A stretch of 43,863 nt of DNA, taken from contig JANQJT010000342.1 of NCBI GenBank assembly GCA_028281485.1, positions 1 to 43,863 on the forward strand, in the 5' to 3' direction. Below the pieces are notes generated by a model, which was not told the origin of the DNA, searched no databases, and was given only the letters and a program-made list of their open reading frames with translations. The DNA comes from Phycisphaeraceae bacterium (GTDB taxonomy: Bacteria; Planctomycetota; Phycisphaerae; Phycisphaerales; Zrk34). Within the stretch, counting starts at the first letter, position 1, and each line of letters opens with the position of its first letter. Of this stretch, positions 32,744 to 40,478 are shown one piece after another. The translations under genes and the position numbers were made by a program.

Positions 32744-35463
32744 TCCGGATCCCTCTCACCATGTCGTGTCTGGTCTGCTTGTGTGTTGTTGTGGTCGCGA
32801 ACGACGCGCTCGGGCAGCACGACGCCCCGACGCTCGCTCGTTACGCGATCGACGGCCACCACAACCGTGTCGCCCAGATCATCAACGCCTGCCCGGCCGA
32901 TCCCGACAAGGCCTTCAAGCTGCGCGACGCCCTCATCGATGGCTACCTCACCGAGCTGCGCGGCGATCGCGAGCGTTGGGAGAGAGGGGCCGGCTGGGTC
33001 ATCGCGCTGCACAACAAGACCGTCACGGCGCCGCAGAACCTGGTCGATTGGCGTCGGTCGATGTGGCAGACCGACCTGGCGCAGCAGCTCCTGTTCCGCG
33101 CCATGCCGCAGCGCCACATGGCCGGCGACTTCATCCTGTTGGGCTGTCCCTCACCGGGCCAGCGCTCCGCAGCGGACCTGCTGACCACGCGGCTCTGGGG
33201 ATACCTTGACGAGGCCGAGGCCGAGCACCAGCGCGTGCGCAACACACTGAGCAAGCGACCGGACTACCAGACGGAATATGTCGAGACGGGCCGCGTGAAT
33301 CGCATGCGCGATCACCTGACCGTGCACGTGCCTTACTACCGCGCGTGGACGGCGCTGCTGCTCAGCACGCAGGCCGACGATGGGCCCTACTTCAAGAAAT
33401 ACCGCGATGCCGAGACCCGTCGCGCAGCCCTGCTCCGGCGCGCCGCGATGGACGCCGCCGCCGTCGCCAAGAACCAAAAGGGCTTCGACACCGAGGCCCG
33501 CGCGCGCCTGCACCTGCTCACCGCCATGATCGCCGTCGCACGCGGCGATCAGGACACCGCACGCCGCCAGCTCGCCGCGGCAGACAATGCCGAGGGCGTC
33601 TCGGATTACACACGCATGCAGGTCAGGCTGGCCCGGGCGCAATCCCTGACCGCCTCCGGCCGATACACCGCCGCCGCCGCCGTGCTCGACAGCCTCGACC
33701 GACAGCTCTTTGTCCGGTCCAGCCCCTTCCACATGGTGCTGGTTGCCGATCAGCGCTTCGCCATGCTGTGTCGCCGGGCCTTGGCCCAGCAAGACCCCGC
33801 GCAGCAGGACTCGCTGCTCGCCGAAGCGTTCGATGTGTACGAGAAATTGTTGGTACGCTCAGCGATGAAGCCGTGGCGCGAGCCCTTTGAACAGTTCGTC
33901 CGTCAGCGTTACACCTCGCAAATCCCCAAGGGCGTGACACACGATCAGCTCCCGCCGATCGTGCGGCTAGCGCTGATCAAAGACGCGTACCGCCGGGCCA
34001 TGGCGCTGGACGAGACCGGCGACGCATCCGAATCTAAACCGCTGTACGAGTCGGCCGTCGAGATGTCGCGCGACCTGTTGGCCGAGACGCGCTTGTCCGA
34101 AGAGGACCACGCCGAGGCAGGTTACATGCTCGGCCTGTCTCTCCTGCAACTCGGGCGCCTCGATGAAGCCGGCCCGACGCTGCTCGATGTCGCCGAGCGC
34201 TATCCCAAGCTCCAACGCGGCGAGCAGGCGATGGTCGTCGTCTACCTCCGCATCGCTCGACCCGCCTTCCGAGACAACCCCGACGATCAGGCAACCAGTC
34301 GTTTCTACGAGCAGACCCTGCGGCTGATGCTCACCAGCTACCCGCTCATCGAACAATCCTCCGCCGCACGATACGAACTGCCCGTTTACCTCCACCATCA
34401 GCGCCGCTACGCCGAGGCATACAAGGCCTACGGCCGTGTTCCCGACGAGCACCCCGCTTTTGCTGAATCGATCTACGAGAAGATGAAGTGTGCCCACGCG
34501 ATCTGGGTCGATGCGCGCAGCGTGAAAACGGCGCGAGACACGATCACCGCCAGCGAGGAGTACCTCACCGAGGCGCAGCGCGTGATGGCCACGGGTCGCG
34601 CCAAGCCGCAGCGCGTCGAGCGGCTCACGCGCTATTCGGTCGGCGCCCTGCTCACGCGCGCGGGCGTGGTGCTGCAACAGTTCGACGCGATCGATCAGGC
34701 CGAGCGCGCCGTCGATCAGGTCGCCCAGGTGGTAGGAGACAACAGCGAGTGGCAGAGCCGCATCCTCTCATTGCGTATCACGATCGCCGAGAAGCGGGGT
34801 GACTACGCTGCCGCCGCGAAGGCCGTTGACGCTCTACACCGCCTGGACCCCGAGCTCGGTGGCGGCATGGCGGCGTCGCTGCTGCGAACGCTGGACGACC
34901 ACGCCAAACGCCGCGCCGAGAACCGAGCTGGCCTCCAAGAACTCAGCAGCCTCGCCGACGCGGCCTGCGCACTGGCCGACCGTGCCGCGCTGCCCTGGGC
35001 GAACAAACAAGCATCACTGCCCACGACACAAAAGATGTTGCTCGCGCAGGTTCCCGCAGACTGTCTCTACCGCGCCGCACGATACGATCGGGCGTTGCAA
35101 CGCTACGAGGCGATCGAGAAACAATTCCCCACGATCGCCGGCCGAAGCCTGTCGATCATCGAATCCGCCGCCGAGTGTCGCTACCACCTCAAGCAATACG
35201 AACCCGCCCGGGCCGGCTACGAGAAGATCATCCGCAACGCCCAGACACAGCAACGCTACGACCGACACTACTGGCTCGCCCAACTCCGCTGCTACCAGAT
35301 GTGGGACGCACGCCTGGCCGGCTCGACCGACCCACGACTCGGACGATCCATCGATGTTCTCCTGGAGATCAGCGGACAGCGCGGCCTGACCGATGATTTC
35401 CGCTCACGCCTCGTCGTGTTGCGTGACAAACACCTGTCCGCATCAAGCCGGGCCGTGCCGTAA
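32740..35463 (+). CDS. secreted 907-aa TPR/helical-repeat protein
   Basis: GTG start overlaps the exbD2 stop (GTGA). Signal-like MSCLVCLCVVVVANDALG. The body is Ala/Leu/Arg-rich and helical with TPR-like units, e.g. AEAGYMLGLSLLQLGRLDEAGPTLLDVAERYP. Confidence 0.75.
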   Translation: MIRIPLTMSCLVCLCVVVVANDALGQHDAPTLARYAIDGHHNRVAQIINACPADPDKAFKLRDALIDGYLTELRGDRERWERGAGWVIALHNKTVTAPQNLVDWRRSMWQTDLAQQLLFRAMPQRHMAGDFILLGCPSPGQRSAADLLTTRLWGYLDEAEAEHQRVRNTLSKRPDYQTEYVETGRVNRMRDHLTVHVPYYRAWTALLLSTQADDGPYFKKYRDAETRRAALLRRAAMDAAAVAKNQKGFDTEARARLHLLTAMIAVARGDQDTARRQLAAADNAEGVSDYTRMQVRLARAQSLTASGRYTAAAAVLDSLDRQLFVRSSPFHMVLVADQRFAMLCRRALAQQDPAQQDSLLAEAFDVYEKLLVRSAMKPWREPFEQFVRQRYTSQIPKGVTHDQLPPIVRLALIKDAYRRAMALDETGDASESKPLYESAVEMSRDLLAETRLSEEDHAEAGYMLGLSLLQLGRLDEAGPTLLDVAERYPKLQRGEQAMVVVYLRIARPAFRDNPDDQATSRFYEQTLRLMLTSYPLIEQSSAARYELPVYLHHQRRYAEAYKAYGRVPDEHPAFAESIYEKMKCAHAIWVDARSVKTARDTITASEEYLTEAQRVMATGRAKPQRVERLTRYSVGALLTRAGVVLQQFDAIDQAERAVDQVAQVVGDNSEWQSRILSLRITIAEKRGDYAAAAKAVDALHRLDPELGGGMAASLLRTLDDHAKRRAENRAGLQELSSLADAACALADRAALPWANKQASLPTTQKMLLAQVPADCLYRAARYDRALQRYEAIEKQFPTIAGRSLSIIESAAECRYHLKQYEPARAGYEKIIRNAQTQQRYDRHYWLAQLRCYQMWDARLAGSTDPRLGRSIDVLLEISGQRGLTDDFRSRLVVLRDKHLSASSRAVP

Positions 35464-35539
35464 CCGGTGTGACTTGCCTCGATCGCGCGAACCCGGCATA
35501 CTCCTTGGCCGTGTCCGCCATGCTTGGGTATGAGTGTGT

Positions 35540-36220
35540 ATGTATGGATCACCCGACAAAATCGCGGAGCTTCAAGCACTCGCCACCGTTCGTCAGAAAG
35601 AGGCATGGCCGGGCTACTACAACATCGCCGACTTCCACGGCGGTATCTATGAGAGTCTGCACGTCTCACCCTATACGCGGGGTGCGGGGAACTGCGACTC
35701 GCCCATCTTCTTGCTCTTACAGGACTGGTGTTCGGAGGACGACATAAAGGGATTCAACGAAGAGGATAGAGCAGAAGTGGTGCGGCTTGGTCGAGCATCA
35801 AAGAAGGCCACAAATCCAATTCTGATTGACCTCGTGCATATTCACCTGAAGATGGACATTAACGAGTGCTATGCCACCAATCTTTTTCCATTCATCAAGA
35901 CTGGGGGGACTTCAAACAATGTCCCCCCCAAAGACTTACGAGATGCAGCGAAGGTGTTTGCCATTCCGCAGATCAAGGTGGTCAAACCCAAGCACGTGAT
36001 ATGTCTGGGGGCCATAGTCTTCAAATCCATTAGGCAAGCCTTGGGACTTCCATCGACACTTACTCTGGGCTCGCAGGTCGGCAAATGGTTTGATTGGGAT
36101 GGTGTCCGCATTTGGTCTCAGGCTCACCCGGCCAGGCGTCCCCAAAAGGGCCGAAGCAGTTGGGATCTGCAGAATAAAGCTTGGTTAGAAATGGTCGAAT
36201 CGGTTGATTTCAGGATCTGA
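35540..36220 (+). CDS. uracil-DNA glycosylase superfamily protein with a non-canonical motif 1
   Basis: The layout matches family-4-type UDGs: beta1+motif 1 PIFLLLQDWCSEDD (in place of GEAPG..ED), YATNLFPFIK (xxTNxxxxRP position), KHVICLGAIVF, and motif 2 QAHPARR (HPS/HPA). ATG 35540 preferred over GTG 35534. Confidence 0.5.
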   Translation: MYGSPDKIAELQALATVRQKEAWPGYYNIADFHGGIYESLHVSPYTRGAGNCDSPIFLLLQDWCSEDDIKGFNEEDRAEVVRLGRASKKATNPILIDLVHIHLKMDINECYATNLFPFIKTGGTSNNVPPKDLRDAAKVFAIPQIKVVKPKHVICLGAIVFKSIRQALGLPSTLTLGSQVGKWFDWDGVRIWSQAHPARRPQKGRSSWDLQNKAWLEMVESVDFRI

Positions 36221-36318
36221 TCCTGAGGATGTAGTGGGGCTGCAAGAGCAGACTGTAGGTGCTGGTTGCCTATAACGGTTAGGCTGTGGGCGTCACACCG
36301 TACCGTGTACGTTTCGCC

Positions 36319-37038
36319 CTACGTTTCATGGGGTGAATCGCCTTCGCCCGGTGGGCGGTATGGCAAAAACGCCGCACCCCATCGCCGGATGTTTTTTTCA
36401 TCAGTTTTTAGAGCCCTCGCAATGGCACGGTTGCTCATCTTCACATATCGCATCCAGCGGACCTTCGGTATCGAGCGAAGGCGAAATTCTTTCTTGTAGC
36501 CGGGTCGCTTCTTCGCCTGGCGGCCGCCGGGCTTGCCCTTTCGTCGTTGGCCGCGTTTGGATTGATGAGCACGTTCTTCCTGCCACGTCGCGTCGGGATC
36601 GAGTTGTGTCACCAAAGGCACGTCGCCACACACCCACCGCAGGTCACGCAGGCCGAGGGTGGTGGGCATGAGATGGGGTCGGAGCTTCGGGTGATATCGA
36701 GGGTGGCGGATGAAGCGGCTCGTTGATTCGGCGAGTAAGACGGCACCATTCTCAGCCGCCATGTTCGTCGCCCGGAACAACTCGGCTTCAGCTTTATCGA
36801 CCCTGCCCGCGTAGGTCATAACGGCGATGATGATACCACCGCGTTCTGCGACCGCAGCACGAAGTTCAGCCTCCTGATCGGCATTGTTGCCGTTGGCGTT
36901 CTGGAGTCCGCTCGAAACGCGGCACCAGAGCACCACTGGGGTGCCGGGACGGATGGTTTCGATGTTGTTGATGTACGTGCTCGGGCGGTCGTGCCTTCGT
37001 TGCCGCCTCGGCCTGCGGATTTCGCGTCTTCGTTCCAT
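36319..37038 (-). CDS. small serine recombinase (resolvase/invertase family) with a C-terminal HTH
   Basis: LWCRVSSGLQ matches the catalytic (Y)xRVS(T/S)xxQ motif. VLLAESTSRFIR corresponds to the LDRLxR block. The C-terminal MSNRAIARALKTDEKNIRRW is HTH-like. An Arg-rich N-terminal extension and a basic linker are atypical. Confidence 0.65.
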   Translation of the reverse strand: MERRREIRRPRRQRRHDRPSTYINNIETIRPGTPVVLWCRVSSGLQNANGNNADQEAELRAAVAERGGIIIAVMTYAGRVDKAEAELFRATNMAAENGAVLLAESTSRFIRHPRYHPKLRPHLMPTTLGLRDLRWVCGDVPLVTQLDPDATWQEERAHQSKRGQRRKGKPGGRQAKKRPGYKKEFRLRSIPKVRWMRYVKMSNRAIARALKTDEKNIRRWGAAFLPYRPPGEGDSPHET

Positions 37039-37060
37039 GGTCCCTCATGTCGGGTCGCAC

Positions 37061-37100
37061 CCCGCACCGGCTGGCTGAGGACGGAACCAACCGGTGCGGG
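37061..37100. repeat. perfect 10-bp inverted repeat CCCGCACCGG / CCGGTGCGGG with a 20-nt spacer
   Basis: Read directly. It lies between the divergent recombinase start (37038) and the nfo start (37199). Confidence 0.6.
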
Positions 37101-37198
37101 CATGCATTCAGCGGTTTGCAAATCCGCCTATCCCTTTGCTGTTCATGTCGTTTCGTCTATTGGTTTCCTTAGGATCAACCTGCCCTTATCCTCTAGTG

Positions 37199-38053
37199 AT
37201 GTTTGGATCACACTTATCCATCGCGGGTGGTATGTACAACGCGTTGCTGGAAGCAGAGCGCCTGGAGATGGACTGCGTCCAGGTCTTCACCAAGAACCAG
37301 CGCCAATGGGCAGCGCCGCCGCTCAAAAAAGACGACATCGCCCTGTGGCACGAACACCGCCAGTCCACCGGCATCCAACACGTCGTCAGCCACGACTCCT
37401 ACCTCATCAACCTCGCCTCACCCAAGCGCGACGTGCGTGAGAAATCCATCAAGCTCTACATCGACGAGATCGAGCGCTGCGAGGTCCTCGACATCCCGCA
37501 CCTGGTCATGCACCCCGGCGCACACCTGGGCATTGGTGAAGAAAAGGGCCTGGACCGCATCGTCAAGGCGTTCGATCGCATACACCAAAAACTGCCGGAC
37601 TACCGCACCCTCACCTGCCTGGAGATCACCGCCGGCCAGGGCACCACGCTCGGCTACACCCTCGAACACCTGCAATTCATCATCGAGAACGTGGATGAGC
37701 CCGACCGCATGGCCGTGTGCATCGACACCGCCCACGCGCTGGCCGCGGGCTACGACTTGACCGGCGCTGCGGGCGCACGCGGCTTCCTCAAACAGATCGA
37801 CGCCACCATCGGCCGCGATCGCGTCAAGGTCTTGCACGTCAACGACAGCAAGGTCGAACGCGGCAAACGCGTCGATCGTCACGAACACATCGGCCACGGC
37901 TACGTCGATCGCGAAGCGTTCGCCGTCCTCTGCCGCGCCTTCAAGTCGATCCCCAAGATCCTCGAAACCCCCAAAGCCGAAGCGCCCGACGGCCGACCGT
38001 GGGACACGGTCAACATCGAGACGCTACAGGAACTGATGAAGACCAAGCGCTAA
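37199..38053 (+). CDS. nfo: endonuclease IV (AP endonuclease)
   Basis: FGSHLSIAGG, VFTKNQRQW, SHDSYLINLAS, MHPGAHLG, LEITAGQG, CIDTAHALAAGYD, HVNDSK and DRHEHIGHG align along the whole length with E. coli Nfo as I remember it. Start set at ATG 37199. Confidence 0.95.
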   Translation: MFGSHLSIAGGMYNALLEAERLEMDCVQVFTKNQRQWAAPPLKKDDIALWHEHRQSTGIQHVVSHDSYLINLASPKRDVREKSIKLYIDEIERCEVLDIPHLVMHPGAHLGIGEEKGLDRIVKAFDRIHQKLPDYRTLTCLEITAGQGTTLGYTLEHLQFIIENVDEPDRMAVCIDTAHALAAGYDLTGAAGARGFLKQIDATIGRDRVKVLHVNDSKVERGKRVDRHEHIGHGYVDREAFAVLCRAFKSIPKILETPKAEAPDGRPWDTVNIETLQELMKTKR

Positions 38054-38055
38054 GC

Positions 38056-38484
38056 CTATTGCCGCTGCGGAATCCACCGCTCCCGAATCCCCGCGAACAT
38101 CGCGTCCCACTCCGCCAGCTGCCGCTCATCGAGGATCGCCCGGATGTCCCGGTCGATGTTGTCCAGCAACACGTTCGCACCCCACGTCACCCCGCGCTCC
38201 ACCTGTTTGTATTGATCGATTCGGTTCTCGAAGACCTTGTACACAAGGTCCGATTGCTCGTCGGTCAGGCTCAGCCTTTCCTGGAGCAGCTGCGTGATCG
38301 GCTCGGGCAGCCGTTCGGGCTGGTGAACGTACTGGTTCACGCGATCGATGATGATCTGTTTGGCGGTCAGTGCGCCGGCAATGAAGCTCACCGCGGTTGC
38401 GGTGAGCAACACGACGGACCAGAGCACGTTGCCGCGTGAGAATATCCGCGGCCCGGGTGGAGGGGTGTCATTCATGGGCACCAT
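38056..38484 (-). CDS. membrane-anchored LTXXQ-motif (Spy/CpxP-like) protein
   Basis: GGGGAG RBS before ATG 38484. Anchor VLWSVVLLTATAVSFIAGAL. LSLTDEQSDLV and ILDERQLAEW motifs. Its stop lies 2 nt from the convergent nfo stop. Confidence 0.5.
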   Translation of the reverse strand: MVPMNDTPPPGPRIFSRGNVLWSVVLLTATAVSFIAGALTAKQIIIDRVNQYVHQPERLPEPITQLLQERLSLTDEQSDLVYKVFENRIDQYKQVERGVTWGANVLLDNIDRDIRAILDERQLAEWDAMFAGIRERWIPQRQ

Positions 38485-38535
38485 GATAGACACTCCCCGG
38501 TGCGTTCTGTTGTAAGAAAAGGTAAGGTGAAGCAC

Positions 38536-39240
38536 ATGAATCTGACCGCAGGGGAAAACCGGGGTCGATCCGCCTTGGCGCTGGCGCTGCTGGTGCCCGT
38601 CGCGTCGATCGGGGCGTGGTGTTACTTCTTTGCCGCACCCGGCGAGGCGTGGTCGATGGCCGCGTACTGGGCCGCGAAGGCCTGGCTGTGGGTCCTGCCT
38701 GTTGTTTGGCTGGTGTGGTTGGAACGCACGCGGCCGCGCATCCCGAAGCTAAAACGTGAAGGTATGGCCGCGGGGGTGGTCACGGGCGTGGCGATCTGCG
38801 CCGTCATCTTGGGCGCCTACTACGGCCTGGCGGTAGACTGGATCGAAGACAAACAGCCCGTCGCCGACACGATCACGCAGCGCCTCAGCTCCCCGCTGGT
38901 GTTCTGGGGCTTTGGCGGATTCGTCATCCTGCTCAACAGCCTGCTGGAAGAATACGTCTGGCGATGGTTTGTCACGACGCGCTGCGAGGCGTTGCTGCGT
39001 TGGCGCTGGCCGGCCGTGTTTTTGGCCGCCGCCTGTTTTACCGCGCATCACGTGCTCGCACTCGACGCCTACTTCGAGTTGCGCATCGTCGTGCTCGGTT
39101 CGCTGGGCGTGTTCATCGGTGGCGTGACGTGGTCCTGGCTGTACGCGCGTTACCGCAACATCTACGCCGCCTACGTCAGCCACATCTTCGCCGACATCGC
39201 CATCTTCATCATCGGTCACGACCTGGCGTTCGGCTGGTGA
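38536..39240 (+). CDS. CPBP-family intramembrane glutamic endopeptidase (CAAX protease-like)
   Basis: Polytopic protein with LLEEYVWRWF (EExxxR motif), FTAHHVL and YVSHIFAD (His motifs). ATG 38536 follows AAGGTG. Confidence 0.8.
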   Translation: MNLTAGENRGRSALALALLVPVASIGAWCYFFAAPGEAWSMAAYWAAKAWLWVLPVVWLVWLERTRPRIPKLKREGMAAGVVTGVAICAVILGAYYGLAVDWIEDKQPVADTITQRLSSPLVFWGFGGFVILLNSLLEEYVWRWFVTTRCEALLRWRWPAVFLAAACFTAHHVLALDAYFELRIVVLGSLGVFIGGVTWSWLYARYRNIYAAYVSHIFADIAIFIIGHDLAFGW

Positions 39241-39244
39241 TCCC

Positions 39245-39272
39245 AAAGAAAAACCCGCCACAGTGGGCGGGT
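39245..39272 (-). terminator. rho-independent terminator of the PEP-CTERM gene
   Basis: On the minus strand: ACCCGCC-cactgt-GGCGGGT followed by TTTTTCTTT, 27 nt past the stop at 39299. Confidence 0.6.
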
Positions 39273-39298
39273 CTGTAGAGAGTCGCGTTGTGTGTCGC

Positions 39299-40180
39299 TT
39301 AGACGTTCTCGACGGTTTGCGGGCGGCGACGCACGCCGTAGCCCACACCCAGCACCGACAGCATCATCATGCCGGTCCACATCCCGCGGGGCATCGGCAC
39401 GACCGGCGGAGGCGGCACCGGTGTGGTGTACACCAGGTTGTCGACCGCACCCGATCCGCCCAAGCCGATCTCGACACGCGAGAAGCCGCTGATCACACCG
39501 TCGAGCCCGAGGCTCGCCAGCGTGAACGGGACCACGCGGTTGGCGGAGTTGTTACCGAACTGGATCGAAGAATCGTAGTAGGGCGACGAGTTGTCGATCA
39601 GCTCGTTGAAGCCGACCACCGCCAAAGGCGTCGCGCTGGAGTCCGTGAAGAACGAAGCAAAGAAGCCGGTGGGATTCGGGTTGCTCGGTTCCCAGATTTC
39701 AGCCGGCCCTTCGACGTCGATCAGGTCGAAACCGAACGAATCGATCGGCGTGCCGAAATCGAAGATCAGCTTGCCCGCCGGACGCGACCCCTCGTCGTCC
39801 GGGTTGGGCACGATGTCGCCGGGGCTGAACGAGGTTCCGGATTCCTCGATGTAAAGCATGCGACCCAGCTGAACGTTGTCGGCGTCGACCGCCAGGTTTC
39901 CGCCGTTCCAGGGCGGACCGATCAGGTCACTGTCGGTGGTTGAACCGGTGAACCCGGAATCAAACAGCGCCGCGGTGTGCGGAGCGCCGGTGTAGTTAAT
40001 GACGTCAATGGAGAGCTCGAACGGCGCCACGTCCCACTGGTCGGCGACGACCAGGCCGTGCACGGTGGCCGTTGAATCCGGCAGTGTGTCGAAGGTCACG
40101 GTATGTGTCGCCGCATGAGTTTGTGACGCAACTAGGGCGATACCCGCCAGGGTCCATAGCGATTGTTTGATTCGGTTCAT
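39299..40180 (-). CDS. secreted protein with a PEP-CTERM-like sorting signal (VPMP variant)
   Basis: Signal peptide MNRIKQSLWTLAGIALVASQTHA. The C-terminus is VPMPRGMWTGMMMLSVLGVGYGVRRRP: a Pro motif, a hydrophobic helix and an Arg cluster. Start set at ATG 40180 rather than 40624. Confidence 0.7.
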   Translation of the reverse strand: MNRIKQSLWTLAGIALVASQTHAATHTVTFDTLPDSTATVHGLVVADQWDVAPFELSIDVINYTGAPHTAALFDSGFTGSTTDSDLIGPPWNGGNLAVDADNVQLGRMLYIEESGTSFSPGDIVPNPDDEGSRPAGKLIFDFGTPIDSFGFDLIDVEGPAEIWEPSNPNPTGFFASFFTDSSATPLAVVGFNELIDNSSPYYDSSIQFGNNSANRVVPFTLASLGLDGVISGFSRVEIGLGGSGAVDNLVYTTPVPPPPVVPMPRGMWTGMMMLSVLGVGYGVRRRPQTVENV

Positions 40181-40478
40181 CTTTCCGTCGCTCCCAACGG
40201 TCCGTACCACAACTTCAAGGCTCCCGGTTCTCTGAGCTATTAAGTCTACCATGCAAATAACAAAATGAGTGCCAAAATTCCTTTGCATTGTGTTATTTCC
40301 CCCCGGATCGGGCTCCAATAACCCGTTTTTGGGTAAATAGATAAACATGAGGTGGGCACTAATGACCCAGCGCAGCGTCTTTAAGTTGGCCTTGGCTCGA
40401 TCAATAGGCACGGTACCGCGGGCGTGACGCGGCCTGGAAGCCTGACATCCAACCGCATACCCCTCAGGAGATCGCTCC

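Larger units (their letters stand above)
35464..37198. mobile_element. low-G+C islet (UDG-like gene plus serine recombinase), probable remnant of a mobile or integrated element
   Basis: Composition drops abruptly after the TPR stop. A hand count of a 60-nt line near 35761 gives about 50% G+C, against roughly two-thirds elsewhere. It returns to host level at nfo. The islet contains a recombinase. No flanking direct repeats found. Confidence 0.45.

Noticed and set aside
35469-35747. 92-aa alternative-frame ORF at the start of the islet
   Set aside because: It overlaps the UDG-like gene in another frame, has no motifs, and gives a Ser/Thr/Arg-rich translation.
35464-37198. Searched for direct repeats (att-like) or a tRNA/tmRNA target flanking the low-G+C islet
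   Set aside because: Only 5-6 nt coincidences (CCGGTG, CATGC) are shared between the two borders, and no tRNA-like sequence is nearby. The integration mechanism therefore remains unsupported.
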